Assembly (NCBI GenBank): GCA_040385585.1
Contig: JAZKHB010000015.1
Span: forward strand, 2,545 to 66,544
Origin: Pseudomonadota bacterium
Lineage (GTDB): Bacteria; Pseudomonadota; Gammaproteobacteria; Pseudomonadales; Pseudomonadaceae
Direction of reading: 5' to 3'
DNA length: 64,000 bases
In this document: piece after piece, positions 17,185 through 28,165 of the stretch
How the letters are laid out: every line of letters starts with the position of its first letter
How positions within the stretch are numbered: the stretch's first letter is position 1
The notes under the pieces: model-generated
The model's database searches: none
What the model was told of the DNA's origin: nothing
What the model saw: only the letters and a program-made list of their open reading frames with translations
Position numbers and translations under genes: made by a program

Positions 17185-19464
17185 TCAGGCCAGGACGATG
17201 GCGGCGGGGTTGAGCACCCGGCTCAGGCCCAGGTTGCGCAAGGCCAACTGCAGGGAGCTGTGGATCACCTGGGGATTGTCGATGGTCATCAGCTGGTCCA
17301 GCAGCTCCTTGGCCTTGCCCAGGCTGATCTGGCGCAACAGCCATTTCACCTTGGGCAGGTTGGTGGCGTTCATCGACAGGCTGTCGAACCCCATGGCCAT
17401 CAGCAGCACGGCGGCCGAGGGATCGCCGGCCATCTCGCCGCAGATGCTCACGGTCTTGCCTTCGGCATGGGCGCCGTCGACCACCAGCTTCAAGGCGTGC
17501 AAGACCGCGGGATGGAGGAAGTCGTAGAGGTCGGCGACCCGCGGGTTGTTGCGGTCCACCGCCAACAGGTACTGGGTCAGGTCGTTGGAGCCGACCGAAA
17601 GGAAGTCCACCTGGCGCGCCAGTTCGCGCACCTGGTAAACCGCCGCGGGGATTTCGATCATCACCCCCACCGGCGGCAGCGGCACATCGGTGCCCTCGTC
17701 GCGCACCTCGCCCCAGGCGCGGTGGATCAGGTGCAGGGCTTCTTCCAGCTCATGGGTGCCGGAGATCATCGGCAGCAGGATGCGCAGGTTGTCCAAACCC
17801 TCGCTGGCCTTGAGCATGGCGCGGGTCTGCACCAGGAAGATTTCCGGGTGGTCGAGGGTCACGCGGATGCCGCGCCAGCCGAGGAAAGGGTTGTCTTCCT
17901 TGATCGGGAAATAGCTCAGGGCCTTGTCACCGCCGATATCCAGGCTGCGCATGGTCACCGGCAGCGGGTGGAAGGCGGCCAGCTGCTCGCGGTAGATCAG
18001 CATCTGCTCCTTCTCGCTGGGGAAGCGGTCCTTGATCATGAAGGGTACTTCGGTGCGGTACAGGCCGACGCCTTCGGCGCCGCGTTCCTGGGCGCGCTTC
18101 ACATCGGCGAGCAGCCCGGTGTTGACCCACAGCGGCATGCGGTGCCCGTCCAGGGTCTCGCACGGCAGCTCGCGCAGCGCATCCAGGCCTTGGGTCAGCT
18201 GGCGCTCTTCTTCCACCATTTCGCTGTACTGCTTGCGCAGCATCTCGCTGGGGTTGGTGTAGACCTCGCCGTGGAAGCCGTCGACGATCAGCTGGATGCC
18301 GTCGATCTTCGAATAGGGCAGGTCGACCACGCCCATCACCGTGGGAATGCCCATGGCCCGGGCGAAAATCGCCACATGGGAGTTGCCCGAGCCGAGTACC
18401 GAGACCAGGCCGACCAGCTTGCCTTCCGGCACCTCGCCGAGCATGGCCGGCGACAGTTCCTCGCTGACCAGGATGCAGTTGTCCGGATAGACCAGGGTCT
18501 GCTGGCGGGCCTGCTGCAGGTAGGCCAGCAGGCGCCGGCCGAGGTCCTTGACGTCCGAGGCGCGTTCGCGCAGGTAGGCATCGTCCATCAGCTCGAAGCG
18601 GCTGACGTGGTGGCCCACCACCTGGCGCAGCGCGCCCTGGGCCCATTGCCCGGTCTTGATGACCGTGGTCACCTCGCTGCCCAGGGCCGCGTCGTCGAGC
18701 ATCATCAGGTAGACGTCGAACAATGCACGCTCTTCCGGGCGCAGCTGGGTCGCCAGCTTGGCCGACAGCGTGCGCATGTCGCTGCGCACGCCCTCCAGGG
18801 CGGTATTGAACAGCACCAGCTCCGCATCGATGTCCTTGACCGCCTTGTCCGGCACCACCTCCAGGTCCGCCGGCGGCAGCATCACCACCGCCGTGCCCAC
18901 GGCGGCGCCGGGCGAACCGGGCACGCCGACGAACTTGGCTTCCTGGATACCCTTGCCCTGCTTGCCCAGGCCACGGATCGAACCGGTGGCCTCGGCATGG
19001 GCGATCACCCCGGCCAGCTGCGCGCTCATGGTGACCAGGAAGGCTTCCTCGCCCTCGTCGAACTGGCGACGCTCCTTCTGCTGGATCACCAGCACGCCGA
19101 CCACCCGCCGGTGGTGGATGATCGGCGCGCCGAGGAAGGAGGCATAACGCTCCTCCCCGGTTTCGGCGAAGTAACGGTAGCGCGGGTGCTCGGAGGCGTG
19201 TTCGAGGTTGAGCGGTTCCTCGCGGGTGCCCACCAGGCCCACCAGGCCTTCGTTGGGCGCCATGCTGACCTTGCCGATGGCGCGCTTGTTCAGGCCGTCG
19301 GTGGCCATCAGCACGAAGCGGTTGGTTTCCGGGTCGAGCAGGTAGACCGAGCAGACGTGGCTGCCCATGGCTTCCTTGACCCGCTGCACGATGATCGTCA
19401 GCGCCGCCTTGAGGTCCTTGGCGGCATTTACTTCCTGGACGATCTTGCGCAGCGTATTGAGCAT
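17185..19464 (-). CDS. ptsP: Phosphoenolpyruvate-protein phosphotransferase PtsP (EI-Ntr, GAF + EI domains)
   Basis: 759 aa. N-terminal GAF domain (MLNTLRKIVQEVNAA...) and EI motifs GGxTSH-like SGNSHVAIFARAMGIPTV and LSVGSNDLTQY. Confidence 0.96.
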   Translation of the reverse strand: MLNTLRKIVQEVNAAKDLKAALTIIVQRVKEAMGSHVCSVYLLDPETNRFVLMATDGLNKRAIGKVSMAPNEGLVGLVGTREEPLNLEHASEHPRYRYFAETGEERYASFLGAPIIHHRRVVGVLVIQQKERRQFDEGEEAFLVTMSAQLAGVIAHAEATGSIRGLGKQGKGIQEAKFVGVPGSPGAAVGTAVVMLPPADLEVVPDKAVKDIDAELVLFNTALEGVRSDMRTLSAKLATQLRPEERALFDVYLMMLDDAALGSEVTTVIKTGQWAQGALRQVVGHHVSRFELMDDAYLRERASDVKDLGRRLLAYLQQARQQTLVYPDNCILVSEELSPAMLGEVPEGKLVGLVSVLGSGNSHVAIFARAMGIPTVMGVVDLPYSKIDGIQLIVDGFHGEVYTNPSEMLRKQYSEMVEEERQLTQGLDALRELPCETLDGHRMPLWVNTGLLADVKRAQERGAEGVGLYRTEVPFMIKDRFPSEKEQMLIYREQLAAFHPLPVTMRSLDIGGDKALSYFPIKEDNPFLGWRGIRVTLDHPEIFLVQTRAMLKASEGLDNLRILLPMISGTHELEEALHLIHRAWGEVRDEGTDVPLPPVGVMIEIPAAVYQVRELARQVDFLSVGSNDLTQYLLAVDRNNPRVADLYDFLHPAVLHALKLVVDGAHAEGKTVSICGEMAGDPSAAVLLMAMGFDSLSMNATNLPKVKWLLRQISLGKAKELLDQLMTIDNPQVIHSSLQLALRNLGLSRVLNPAAIVLA

Positions 19465-19483
19465 GGCTCGGCTCTAATCAGTG

Positions 19484-19963
19484 TCAGTCCCGCGCCAGCA
19501 GGCGTGGAGCGAGTTCCTTGAGGGCGCGGCGATAGACTTCGCGCTTGAATGTCACCACCTGGCCCAGCGGGTACCAGTAACTCACCCACCGCCAGCCGTC
19601 GAACTCCGGTTTGCTGGTCAGGTCCATGCGCACCCGCTGCTCGTCGGAGGTCAGGCGCAACAGGAACCACTTCTGTTTCTGGCCGATGCACAGCGGTTGG
19701 CTGTGGGTACGCACCAGACGTTGAGGCAGACGATAACGCAACCAGCCGCGAGTGCAGGCGAGAATCTGCACATCCTGCTGATCCAGGCCCACTTCTTCGT
19801 TCAATTCGCGGTACAACGCCTCTTCCGGCGACTCGTGGTCATTGATACCCCCCTGGGGAAACTGCCAGGCATCCTGGTTGATGCGGCGCGCCCAGAGCAC
19901 CTGGCCGACATCATTGGTCAGAATGATGCCGACATTCGGGCGAAAACCTTCGCAATCGATCAC
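19484..19963 (-). CDS. rppH: RNA pyrophosphohydrolase (Nudix)
   Basis: (V)[14 protein letters not shown]... with Nudix box [26 protein letters not shown] start at 19963 chosen to match the canonical N-terminus. Confidence 0.93.
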   Translation of the reverse strand: MIDCEGFRPNVGIILTNDVGQVLWARRINQDAWQFPQGGINDHESPEEALYRELNEEVGLDQQDVQILACTRGWLRYRLPQRLVRTHSQPLCIGQKQKWFLLRLTSDEQRVRMDLTSKPEFDGWRWVSYWYPLGQVVTFKREVYRRALKELAPRLLARD

Positions 19964-20103
19964 GGCACACAACCTTGTAAACCCATGTTCCAGCATTGTT
20001 CCACAAAGGCCGTGACAGCAGCAACGCGGCCTGCGGCGGAATGGGAATGACCGGCAAAAGCCGCTATTCTGGCGCCCCGATACCGACCGACAGGCTGCTT
20101 ACC

Positions 20104-20757
20104 GTGCGTTTGGCTCTCTTCGATCTCGACAACACCCTGCTGGGCGGTGACAGCGACCACGCTTGGGGCGATTACCTGTGCGAGCGCGGCATTCTCGACG
20201 GCATCGCCTACAAGGCGCGCAACGATGCCTTCTACCAGGATTACCTGGCCGGCAGCCTGAACATCACCGACTACCTGAACTTCAGCCTGGAAATCCTCGG
20301 CAGCAGCAGCATGGAACAGCTCGCGCAATGGCACCGCGACTTTATGCGCGACTGCATCGAGCCGATCATCCTGGCCAAGGGCGAGGCGCTGCTGGCCGAG
20401 CACCGCGCCGCCGGCGACAAACTGCTGATCATCACCGCCACCAACCGCTTCGTCACCGGCCCCATCGCCGCGCGCCTGGGCGTGGAGACGCTGCTGGCCA
20501 CCGAGTGCGAGATGCTGGACGGTCGCTACACCGGGCGTACCACCGATGTGCCCTGCTTCAAGGCCGGCAAGGTCACCCGCCTGAACCGCTGGCTGGCGGA
20601 AAACGGCCTGGACCTGGCCGGCAGTTACTTCTACAGCGACTCGATCAACGACCTGCCGCTGCTCGAACAGGTCAGCCAGCCGTTCGCCGTGGACCCCGAC
20701 CCGAGCCTGCGCGCCGAAGCCCAGCAGCGCGGCTGGCCGGTGATCTCCCTGCGCTGA
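20104..20757 (+). CDS. HAD-IB family hydrolase (phosphoserine-phosphatase-like)
   Basis: (V)[17 protein letters not shown]..., [15 protein letters not shown] 20104 chosen by the conserved N-terminus; upstream ATGs at 20041 and 20047 are possible alternatives. Confidence 0.8.
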   Translation: MRLALFDLDNTLLGGDSDHAWGDYLCERGILDGIAYKARNDAFYQDYLAGSLNITDYLNFSLEILGSSSMEQLAQWHRDFMRDCIEPIILAKGEALLAEHRAAGDKLLIITATNRFVTGPIAARLGVETLLATECEMLDGRYTGRTTDVPCFKAGKVTRLNRWLAENGLDLAGSYFYSDSINDLPLLEQVSQPFAVDPDPSLRAEAQQRGWPVISLR

Positions 20758-20760
20758 AGC

Positions 20761-20827
20761 GTAGGGTGGATGACGCTTTAGCCATCCACCACAGCGATGG
20801 TGGATGAAACAGCGCCATCCACCCTAC
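20761..20827. repeat. REP-type double palindrome between convergent genes
   Basis: GTAGGGTGGATG-10nt-CATCCACC-acagcgat-GGTGGATG-9nt-CATCCACCCTAC. The outer 12-mers are exact reverse complements. Confidence 0.7.
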
Positions 20828-20857
20828 TTAGATCCACAGGGCGCCAGGGCCCATCGC

Positions 20858-21298
20858 TTAAACGGGCTTGGCGCCCATCAGGCCCATGATCGCCAGCAAC
20901 AGCAGCAGGATCAGCCCGGCATAGGCGGCGGTGAAGCGCAACAGACGGGCCGGCGCCGGGGCGCCGCCCAGGGCCTGCCAGGCACCCAGGCGGCCAGCCA
21001 GCAGCAGGCCGATGATCACCAGCACCCCGAACAGCGCACTGCTGACCAGCAGCCAGGTCTGCCCCAGGGGCCAGCCGGCCAGGTGCACCAGCCACCAGCC
21101 ACTGACCGGCAGCGTCAGCGCCAACAGGCCCAGCACCGGCAGGCTGATCAGCCGGGTGCGCTTGAGCTTGCGTTGCAGCACCAGCGCATCGCCGCCGCGT
21201 GCCGCCTTCCACAACATCAAGACATGCGCCAGCAGGCCGACCAGCAGCAGGATGCCGGGCAGCATGTGGGCCATTTTCAGCAGGGGATAATGCTCCAT
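20858..21298 (-). CDS. Small inner-membrane protein (about 4 TM), function unknown
   Basis: 146 aa, hydrophobic helices (LPGILLLVGLLAHVLML, ISLPVLGLLALTLPVSGWWLV, ...). No family recognised with confidence. Confidence 0.6.
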   Translation of the reverse strand: MEHYPLLKMAHMLPGILLLVGLLAHVLMLWKAARGGDALVLQRKLKRTRLISLPVLGLLALTLPVSGWWLVHLAGWPLGQTWLLVSSALFGVLVIIGLLLAGRLGAWQALGGAPAPARLLRFTAAYAGLILLLLLAIMGLMGAKPV

Positions 21299-21367
21299 GG
21301 GTCGCTCAAGGCTCGTCGTTGATTTAAGTAAGAAGAAGGGGTACGTCCCCAGAGCCGGCAGGCAGCC

Positions 21368-22882
21368 CTAGCCGAGAAACAGCTGATAGGCCGGGTTGTC
21401 CGTCTCGTCCCAATAGGGGTAGCCGATCTCCGCCAGGGCCGCCGGCACCAGGTGGCGCTCGGCCGCCGGCACCTGCAAGCCGGCCAGGACCCGGCCGTCG
21501 GCTGCGCCATGGTTGCGGTAATGGAAGAGCGAGATGTTCCAGCGCCCACCCAGTTTCTGCAGGAAATTGAACAAGGCACCGGGGCGCTCGGGAAACTCGA
21601 AACGGAACACCAGCTCGTCGCTGACGCCCACCGCGTGGCCGCCGACCATATGGCGGATATGCAGCTTGGCCAGCTCGTTGTCGGTCAGGTCCTGCACCGG
21701 AAATCCCTGGTCGCGCAGCTGGCCGAGCAGCCGCTCGCGAGGGTCGTTGTCCGGATGGGTCTGCACGCCGACGAAGATGTGCGCTTCTTTTTCGCTGTGG
21801 TAGCGGTAGTTGAATTCGGTGATCTGGCGCTTGCCGATGGCCTCGCAAAACGCCTTGAAGCTGCCGGGCTGCTCCGGGATGGTCACCGCGATGATCGCCT
21901 CGCGGCCCTCGCCCAGCTCGGCGCGCTCGGCGACATGGCGCAGGCGGTCGAAATTGACGTTGGCCCCCGAGTCGATGGCCACCAGCACCTGGCCGCTGCA
22001 GCCCTCGCGCTCGATGTACTTCTTGATGCCGGCCACGCCCAGGGCGCCGGACGGCTCGGCGATCGAACGGGTGTCGTCGTAGATGTCCTTGATCGCCGCG
22101 CAGATCTCGTCGGTGCTGACCGTGATCACCTCGTCCACATGGTCCTTGCAGACCGCGAAGGTGTGCTGGCCGATCTGCGCCACCGCCACGCCATCGGCGA
22201 ACAGCCCCACCGAGGGCAACACCACCCGCTCGCCGGCGGCCATGGCGGCCTGCAGGCAATTGGAGTCGTCCGGTTCGACGCCGATCACCTTGATCTCCGG
22301 ACGCAGGTATTTGACGTAGGCGGCGATGCCGGCGATCAGGCCGCCGCCGCCCACCGGGACGAAGATCGCATCCAGGCGGCCGGGGTGCTGGCGCAGGATT
22401 TCCATGGCCACCGTGCCCTGGCCGGCGATGGTGTAGGGGTCGTCGTAGGGGTGGATATAGACGTAGCCCTTCTCGTCCACCAGTTTCAGCGAATAGGCCA
22501 GCGCCTCGGGGAAGGAATCGCCATGCAGCACCACTTTGCCGCCGCGCGAGCGCACGCCCTGGATCTTGATCTCCGGGGTGGTGCGCGGCATCACGATGGT
22601 CGCCTTGATGCCCAGCACCTTGGCCGCCTGGGCCAGGCCCTGGGCATGGTTGCCGGCCGAGGCCGTGACCACGCCGCGGGCCAGCTCTTCGGCGGTCAGC
22701 TGCGCCAGCTTGTTGTAGGCGCCGCGAATCTTGAAGGAATAGACCGACTGCAGGTCCTCGCGCTTGAGCAGAATCGAGTTGCCCAGGCGCTCGGAGAGCT
22801 GCGGGGCGACTTGCAAGGGGCTTTCCATCGCCACGTCGTAGACGCGCGAGGTCAGGATCATCTTGACGTACTGTTCGAGCAT
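21368..22882 (-). CDS. ilvA: Biosynthetic threonine dehydratase
   Basis: [24 protein letters not shown]...SFKIRGAYN (PLP lysine motif), followed by two ACT-like C-terminal repeats. An alternative ATG lies at 22894. Confidence 0.95.
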   Translation of the reverse strand: MLEQYVKMILTSRVYDVAMESPLQVAPQLSERLGNSILLKREDLQSVYSFKIRGAYNKLAQLTAEELARGVVTASAGNHAQGLAQAAKVLGIKATIVMPRTTPEIKIQGVRSRGGKVVLHGDSFPEALAYSLKLVDEKGYVYIHPYDDPYTIAGQGTVAMEILRQHPGRLDAIFVPVGGGGLIAGIAAYVKYLRPEIKVIGVEPDDSNCLQAAMAAGERVVLPSVGLFADGVAVAQIGQHTFAVCKDHVDEVITVSTDEICAAIKDIYDDTRSIAEPSGALGVAGIKKYIEREGCSGQVLVAIDSGANVNFDRLRHVAERAELGEGREAIIAVTIPEQPGSFKAFCEAIGKRQITEFNYRYHSEKEAHIFVGVQTHPDNDPRERLLGQLRDQGFPVQDLTDNELAKLHIRHMVGGHAVGVSDELVFRFEFPERPGALFNFLQKLGGRWNISLFHYRNHGAADGRVLAGLQVPAAERHLVPAALAEIGYPYWDETDNPAYQLFLG

Positions 22883-23061
22883 CGAAGGCTTCATCGGTCC
22901 GGATCGTTCTGGGCAAGGAGGGCGGGCAGGGACCGGTGAGTCTACCTCAGCGCTTCGCCGGGCGACCACCGGCAATCCCGGCTCGACCGACCCGCGCCCT
23001 TCTCCCGGTCGCCCATGGGGCTATAATCGCCGCCTTCGGCTTTCCCTCTCAGGCGCAGACC

Positions 23062-23733
23062 ATGACCCAGGATCAACTCAAGCAGGCGGTGGCCCAGGCC
23101 GCCATGGACTTCATCCTCCCGCAGCTGGACAGCAAGAGCGTGATCGGCGTGGGCACCGGTTCCACCGCCAATTGCTTTATCGACGCCCTGGCCCAGCACA
23201 AGATGGCGTTCGACGGCGCCGTGGCCAGCTCCGACGCCACCGCGGCCCGTCTCAGGGGCCACGGCATCGCGGTCTACGAGCTGAACACGGTCGGCGACCT
23301 GGAGTTCTATGTGGACGGCTGCGACGAAAGCAACGAGCGCCTGGAACTGATCAAGGGCGGCGGCGCGGCCCTGACCCGGGAGAAGATCGTCGCGGCGGTG
23401 GCCAGGACCTTCGTCTGCATCGCCGACGGCAGCAAGCTGGTGCCCCTGCTCGGCGCCTTCCCGCTGCCGGTGGAAGTCATCCCCATGGCCCGCAGCCATG
23501 TGGCCCGCGAGCTGGTCAAGCTCGGCGGCGACCCGGTCTACCGTGAAGGGGTGGTGACCGACAACGGCAATGTGATTCTCGACGTGCATAACCTGCAGAT
23601 CGTCGATGCCCGCGGCCTGGAGGCGCAGATCAACAATATCGTCGGCGTGGTCTGCAACGGCCTGTTCGCCGCCCGCCCGGCCGACCTGCTGCTGCTGGGC
23701 ACCGCCGAAGGCGTCAAGACCCTGCGCCGCTAG
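23062..23733 (+). CDS. rpiA: Ribose-5-phosphate isomerase A
   Basis: [18 protein letters not shown]...[15 protein letters not shown]...[18 protein letters not shown], 223 aa. Confidence 0.96.
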   Translation: MTQDQLKQAVAQAAMDFILPQLDSKSVIGVGTGSTANCFIDALAQHKMAFDGAVASSDATAARLRGHGIAVYELNTVGDLEFYVDGCDESNERLELIKGGGAALTREKIVAAVARTFVCIADGSKLVPLLGAFPLPVEVIPMARSHVARELVKLGGDPVYREGVVTDNGNVILDVHNLQIVDARGLEAQINNIVGVVCNGLFAARPADLLLLGTAEGVKTLRR

Positions 23734-23785
23734 CGGGCTATTGAAAAACTACCTGCGTTGCCGATGCATCGTTAAAAACAGGCTC
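23731..23785. repeat. Degenerate copy of the 11374-11418 palindromic element
   Basis: TAGCGGGCTATTGAAAAACTACCTGCGTT matches the first element at 25 of 29 nt. It is followed by a second GTTAAAAAC. It begins on the rpiA stop codon. Confidence 0.5.
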
Positions 23786-24133
23786 GGGATGCCAGCTGGG
23801 CGCGCGGCTGGCCATCACCCCACAGCTGGGGATGTTCGTCGAGGCCAACAGCCGCTTCGCCCATGACGAAGGCCGCCAGACCGGTTATGCCCTTAACAGG
23901 CCATTGAATCACTGCCGGCTTCCAGGGCCGGCCGGAACCGGGACAGCGTCGGCTCTGCGCAGCCTGGCGTTATTCTTGCTTATGCCAGACCGGCCTGAAC
24001 CGGAAAATGCCCTGCTCGCCCCCGCCTCAAGGCCGTGGCGGCGGGCGCCAGGGGTAGTCAGGCGCCTATCCGTCCGCCATCGCCTCACACGGGGACGATT
24101 CGCGCGCTTGAACGCTACCAAAAGAGACGCCCC

Positions 24134-25150
24134 ATGGGATTGCCATTACTACCGGAAGAGCGTGCCCTGACCACCCTGCACACCATCGCCCTGGCGGTGA
24201 GCCAACCCAGCCTCAGCGCGGTAGCGCGCCAGCGCTTGTTGCAGGACAGCGGCCTGACCAGCGCCGACCTGGCGACCCCGGACAAGCTGATCAGCCACGC
24301 CCAGGAGCTGAGGGTCTTCGCCAACGCCATCCAGTGCACCCGCGACCCGGCCCTGGGCCTGTCACTGGGCCTGCGCATGCATGTATCGGCCTATGGCATG
24401 CTCGGCTACAGCATGCTCGCCAGCCGTACCCTGCGCGACGCGCTGGAACTGGCCCTGGCCCATCCGGCGCTGCTCGGGACCTACTTCAAGCTGAGCCTGC
24501 AACAGGAAGGCGACGAGGCCCGCCTGCTTGCCACCGGCTATCGCTACGCCCCCGAGCTGACGGTGTTCAACACCGAACTGTGCCTGACCTCGCTGCTCAC
24601 GGTGATCCAGGACCTGCTAGGCGAGGCGGTACGCCCGCGCCGGCTGCAGCTCCCGTTTCGCCGGCCGCTGCACGCCCAGGCCTACACCGACAAGCTCGGC
24701 TGCCCGGTGGATTTCGGTGCTCCCAGCGGCGCCCTGTGCTTCAACGCCGCGCTGCTCGATCGTCCCTTGCCCCTGGCAGACCCGGTGACCTGCCACTATG
24801 GCGTGCAACAATGCCTGAAGCTGGACGCCCAGCTGAACAGCGGCCACGACGTGCTCGAACAGATCCGCCAGCACCTGGGCAGCCACCTGCGCGAAGCCAG
24901 CAGCCTGGAGCGGGTCGCCGCCCAACTGCACCGCAGCGCGCGCACCCTGCGCCGCCACCTGCAGCGCATGAACACCAGCTACCAGCGCCTGCTCGACGAG
25001 GTGCGCTACGACAAGGCGCGCCAGCTGCTGCTGCAGACCGACCTGCCGATCTACCTGATCGCCGAGCAGCTGGGCTACAGCGAAACCGCCAGCTTCCGCC
25101 ACGCCTTCCTGCGCTGGAGCGGCCAGACACCCAGCCTGTACCGACGCTGA
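24134..25150 (+). CDS. AraC-family transcriptional regulator
   Basis: The C-terminal HTH region (LERVAAQLHRSARTLRRHLQRMNTSYQRLLDEVRYDKARQLLLQTDLPIYLIAEQLGYSETASFRHAFLRWSGQTPSLYR) is typical AraC/XylS. Confidence 0.88.
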   Translation: MGLPLLPEERALTTLHTIALAVSQPSLSAVARQRLLQDSGLTSADLATPDKLISHAQELRVFANAIQCTRDPALGLSLGLRMHVSAYGMLGYSMLASRTLRDALELALAHPALLGTYFKLSLQQEGDEARLLATGYRYAPELTVFNTELCLTSLLTVIQDLLGEAVRPRRLQLPFRRPLHAQAYTDKLGCPVDFGAPSGALCFNAALLDRPLPLADPVTCHYGVQQCLKLDAQLNSGHDVLEQIRQHLGSHLREASSLERVAAQLHRSARTLRRHLQRMNTSYQRLLDEVRYDKARQLLLQTDLPIYLIAEQLGYSETASFRHAFLRWSGQTPSLYRR

Positions 25151-25320
25151 GGATCCCCGTGCGCATCGAGGCTCACCTGGCGCGGATCAAGGCGAACTGA
25201 GAACGAACCGACCCCGGGCGCGGTGCAACTTGGCCTGGATTATCCCCTTTTGTCCTGTTCTATCGTTCTGCCCCGCGCGGCACGCTGCCAGAATCGAGGC
25301 AGGCTGGAGAGACCCGCCCG

Positions 25321-25369
25321 AATTGCATGAAAAGCCAACTATAACAATTAGTTAGAGTTAACTATCAGC
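25321..25369. promoter_or_regulatory. AT-rich promoter/operator region of the polyamine ABC operon
   Basis: 49 nt of ~30% GC directly upstream of the ABC ATPase gene. Holds three copies of the hexamer CAACTA / TAGTTA / TAACTA (25336-41, 25349-54, 25359-64); the last two form an inverted repeat. Confidence 0.4.
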
Positions 25370-26419
25370 ATGTCCAGCGCGATCAGCATCGAACACCTGA
25401 GCATGGAATTCGGCGACCCGGGCAAGGGCGTCAAGGCCCTCGACGACGTCTCGCTGGAGATCCGCGCCAACGAGTTCTTCACCCTGCTCGGCCCCTCCGG
25501 CTGCGGCAAGACCACCCTGCTGCGGCTGATCGCCGGCTTCGAGCAACCCAGCGCCGGCTCCATCCGCCTGTACGGCGAGCCGATGCAGGACCTGCCGCCG
25601 TTTCGCCGGCCGGTGAACACCGTGTTCCAGAGCTATGCGCTATTCCCGCATATGTCGGTGGCGCAGAACATCGCCTTCGGCCTGGAAATGCGCGGCCTGG
25701 CGCGCCGCGAGATCGACGCGACCGTGCAACAGATGCTGGCCCTGGTCAAACTGCCAGAGGTCGGCAGCCGCCGCGCCGACCAGCTGTCCGGCGGCCAGCA
25801 GCAACGCATCGCCCTGGCCCGCGCCCTGGCCAATAGGCCCAAGGTGCTGCTGCTCGACGAGTCGCTGTCGGCCCTGGACATGAAACTGCGCAAGGACATG
25901 CAGATCGAGCTCAAGCGCCTGCAAGGCGAAACCGGCATCACCTTTATCTTCGTCACCCACGACCAGGAGGAAGCCCTGGCCATGTCCGACCGCATCGCGG
26001 TGATGAGCAAGGGCCAGGTGCTGCAGATCGGCACCCCCAGCGAAATCTACGAAGCCCCGGCCAACCGCGCGGTGGCCGACTTTATCGGCGAAACCAACTT
26101 TCTCGAGGCGGTGGCGACCGGCAGCCAGCTGCGCCTGGCCGACGGACAAATGCTCGAAGCCCCCAGCTCGCGCGCCGGTTCGGTGACCCTGGCGATTCGC
26201 CCGGAGCGGGTGAGCCTGGCCGAGACCGGCGAGCTGGATGCCGAGGTGGAGAACGTGGTCTATATCGGCACCGACACCCTTTACCTGCTCAAGGTCGCCG
26301 GCCAATCCGGCTTTCGCGTGCGCCAGCAGAACCACGAAGGTGCCCGCGAACCCCAGCGCGTCGGCGCCCGGGTGCGGATCAGGGTACCGGCCCACGCCAT
26401 CCGGGTGCTCTGCGAATGA
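25370..26419 (+). CDS. Polyamine-type ABC transporter ATP-binding protein (PotA-like)
   Basis: Walker [10 protein letters not shown], signature [15 protein letters not shown], Walker B LLLDESLS, and a C-terminal TOBE-like domain. Confidence 0.9.
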   Translation: MSSAISIEHLSMEFGDPGKGVKALDDVSLEIRANEFFTLLGPSGCGKTTLLRLIAGFEQPSAGSIRLYGEPMQDLPPFRRPVNTVFQSYALFPHMSVAQNIAFGLEMRGLARREIDATVQQMLALVKLPEVGSRRADQLSGGQQQRIALARALANRPKVLLLDESLSALDMKLRKDMQIELKRLQGETGITFIFVTHDQEEALAMSDRIAVMSKGQVLQIGTPSEIYEAPANRAVADFIGETNFLEAVATGSQLRLADGQMLEAPSSRAGSVTLAIRPERVSLAETGELDAEVENVVYIGTDTLYLLKVAGQSGFRVRQQNHEGAREPQRVGARVRIRVPAHAIRVLCE

Positions 26420-27330
26420 GCAACCTGCAGGCGCGGGCCGAACGCCGCCAGCTCAACCGCCGGCTGCTGCTGACCGCTCCGGCGATGCTGACCCTGCTGG
26501 TCTTCCTGCTGATGCCGCTGGGCATCATGTTTCTCGTCTCGATCCTGCAGGCGGGCGACTACGGCGGCGTGAAGTGGGGTCAGTACTCGCTCGAGGCCTA
26601 TATCAACTTCCTCTACGAGCGCGACCTGGACGACAGCTGGGTGTTCAACGCCGATTACCTGACCATCTTCAAGCGCTCCCTGCTGCTCGCGCTCGCCACC
26701 ACCGGCGCCTGCCTGCTGATCGGTTTTCCGACCGCGCTGTACCTGGCCCTGCAGAGCGAGCGCAAACGCAAGCTGCTGCTGTTCCTGGTGACGGTGCCGT
26801 TCTGGACCAACCTGCTGGTGCGCACCTATGCCTGGATCCTGTTGCTGCGCAACGGCGGCCTGGTGGATGCCGGCCTGCAGGGCGCCGGCCTTACCGAGCA
26901 GCCCCTGGGCCTGCTCTACACCGACACGGCGGTGATCATCGGCCTGGTCTACAGCTTCCTACCCTTTATGGTGCTGCCGATCTACACCAGCCTGGAAAAA
27001 CTCGACTGGCGCCTGGTGGAGGCCGCTTTCGACCTGGGCGCCAACCACTTTCAGGCGCTCAAGCGAATCATCCTGCCCCTGGCCATGCCGGGAATCGCCG
27101 CCGGGCTGATCCTGGTGTTTATCCCCGCCCTGGGCAACTACATCATTCCCGAGCTGCTGGGCGGCGGTAAGGCCCTGATGATCGGCAACCTGATCCAGCT
27201 GCAATTCGGCAGCTCGCACAACTGGCCGTTCGGCGCCGCGCTGGCTTTCGCCCTGCTCAGCCTGGTGCTGCTGGCGATGCTGATCCATGGCCTGCGCTTC
27301 AAGGCCGACGCCGGCGGGAGCCGCCCATGA
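26416..27330 (+). CDS. ABC transporter permease (PotB-like)
   Basis: 304 aa, multi-TM, with EAA-loop-like [24 protein letters not shown] overlap with the ATPase gene. Confidence 0.88.
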   Translation: MSNLQARAERRQLNRRLLLTAPAMLTLLVFLLMPLGIMFLVSILQAGDYGGVKWGQYSLEAYINFLYERDLDDSWVFNADYLTIFKRSLLLALATTGACLLIGFPTALYLALQSERKRKLLLFLVTVPFWTNLLVRTYAWILLLRNGGLVDAGLQGAGLTEQPLGLLYTDTAVIIGLVYSFLPFMVLPIYTSLEKLDWRLVEAAFDLGANHFQALKRIILPLAMPGIAAGLILVFIPALGNYIIPELLGGGKALMIGNLIQLQFGSSHNWPFGAALAFALLSLVLLAMLIHGLRFKADAGGSRP

Positions 27331-28118
27331 ACACGCGCAACCCCCTCTGGCGCTTCGCCGGCGCGCGACCGGTGGCCTGGCTGTTCTTCCTGTTCCTCTA
27401 CCTGCCGATCATCGTGCTGGTGGCCCTGAGCTTCAATGGCGGCCAGTCCGCCACCCTGTGGGGCGGGTTCAGCCTGAAGTGGTACGCCGTGGTCGCCCAG
27501 GACCCGGAAATCGTCCGGGCGGCGAAGAACTCGCTGATAATCGCCAGCCTGGCCACCCTGATTTCCACCGCGCTGGCCACCCTGGCCGCGCTCGGGATGC
27601 AGGGGCGGGCGTTTCGCGGCCAGACGCTGATGGGCGGGGTGCTCAGCCTGCCGCTGCTGGTGCCCGACATCGTCTGCGCCGTGGCGATCCTGATGTTCCT
27701 GGCCTTTATCGGCCTGAAGCTCTCGCTGTTCACCATCCTGATCGCCCATGTGGTGTTCTGCACGCCCTTCGCCTACCTGCCGATCCGCGCGCGCCTACAG
27801 GGCCTGAACCCGGCCCTCAACGAAGCGGCGGCCGATCTCTATGCCACGCCCTGGCGGATCTTCTGGCGGATCAGTGTCCCGCTGCTGGCACCCGGCATCC
27901 TCGCCGGGGCGATGATGGCGTTCATCATTTCCATGGACGATTTCGTCATCACCTATTTCGTCGCCGGGGCCGGTTCGACCACCCTGCCGGTCTATATCTT
28001 CAGCTCCATCCGCATGGGCATCTCGCCGAAGATCAATGCGATTTCCTCGATCATCCTGCTGATTTCCATAGTGTTCGTCACTCTGTCGTACCTCTTGTCC
28101 CAGAAAAAAACACCCTGA
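27327..28118 (+). CDS. ABC transporter permease (PotC-like)
   Basis: 263 aa with EAA loop NEAAADLYATPWRIFWRISVP. ATGA overlap with the upstream permease. Confidence 0.88.
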   Translation: MNTRNPLWRFAGARPVAWLFFLFLYLPIIVLVALSFNGGQSATLWGGFSLKWYAVVAQDPEIVRAAKNSLIIASLATLISTALATLAALGMQGRAFRGQTLMGGVLSLPLLVPDIVCAVAILMFLAFIGLKLSLFTILIAHVVFCTPFAYLPIRARLQGLNPALNEAAADLYATPWRIFWRISVPLLAPGILAGAMMAFIISMDDFVITYFVAGAGSTTLPVYIFSSIRMGISPKINAISSIILLISIVFVTLSYLLSQKKTP

Positions 28119-28165
28119 CCGCGCGGCGGCACCTGCCGCACCCCAGACCCGCAAGGAGCTTGACC

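Noticed and set aside
17176-19521. 781-aa plus-strand ORF
   Set aside because: It is an exact antisense shadow of ptsP, whose translation is a textbook GAF+EI protein. The shadow ORF has no recognisable motifs.
25327-25344. Five-codon mini-ORF (MKSQL) in the AT-rich leader of the polyamine ABC operon as a possible leader peptide
   Set aside because: It is too short, has no RBS and no obvious attenuator structure, so it is most likely a coincidence.
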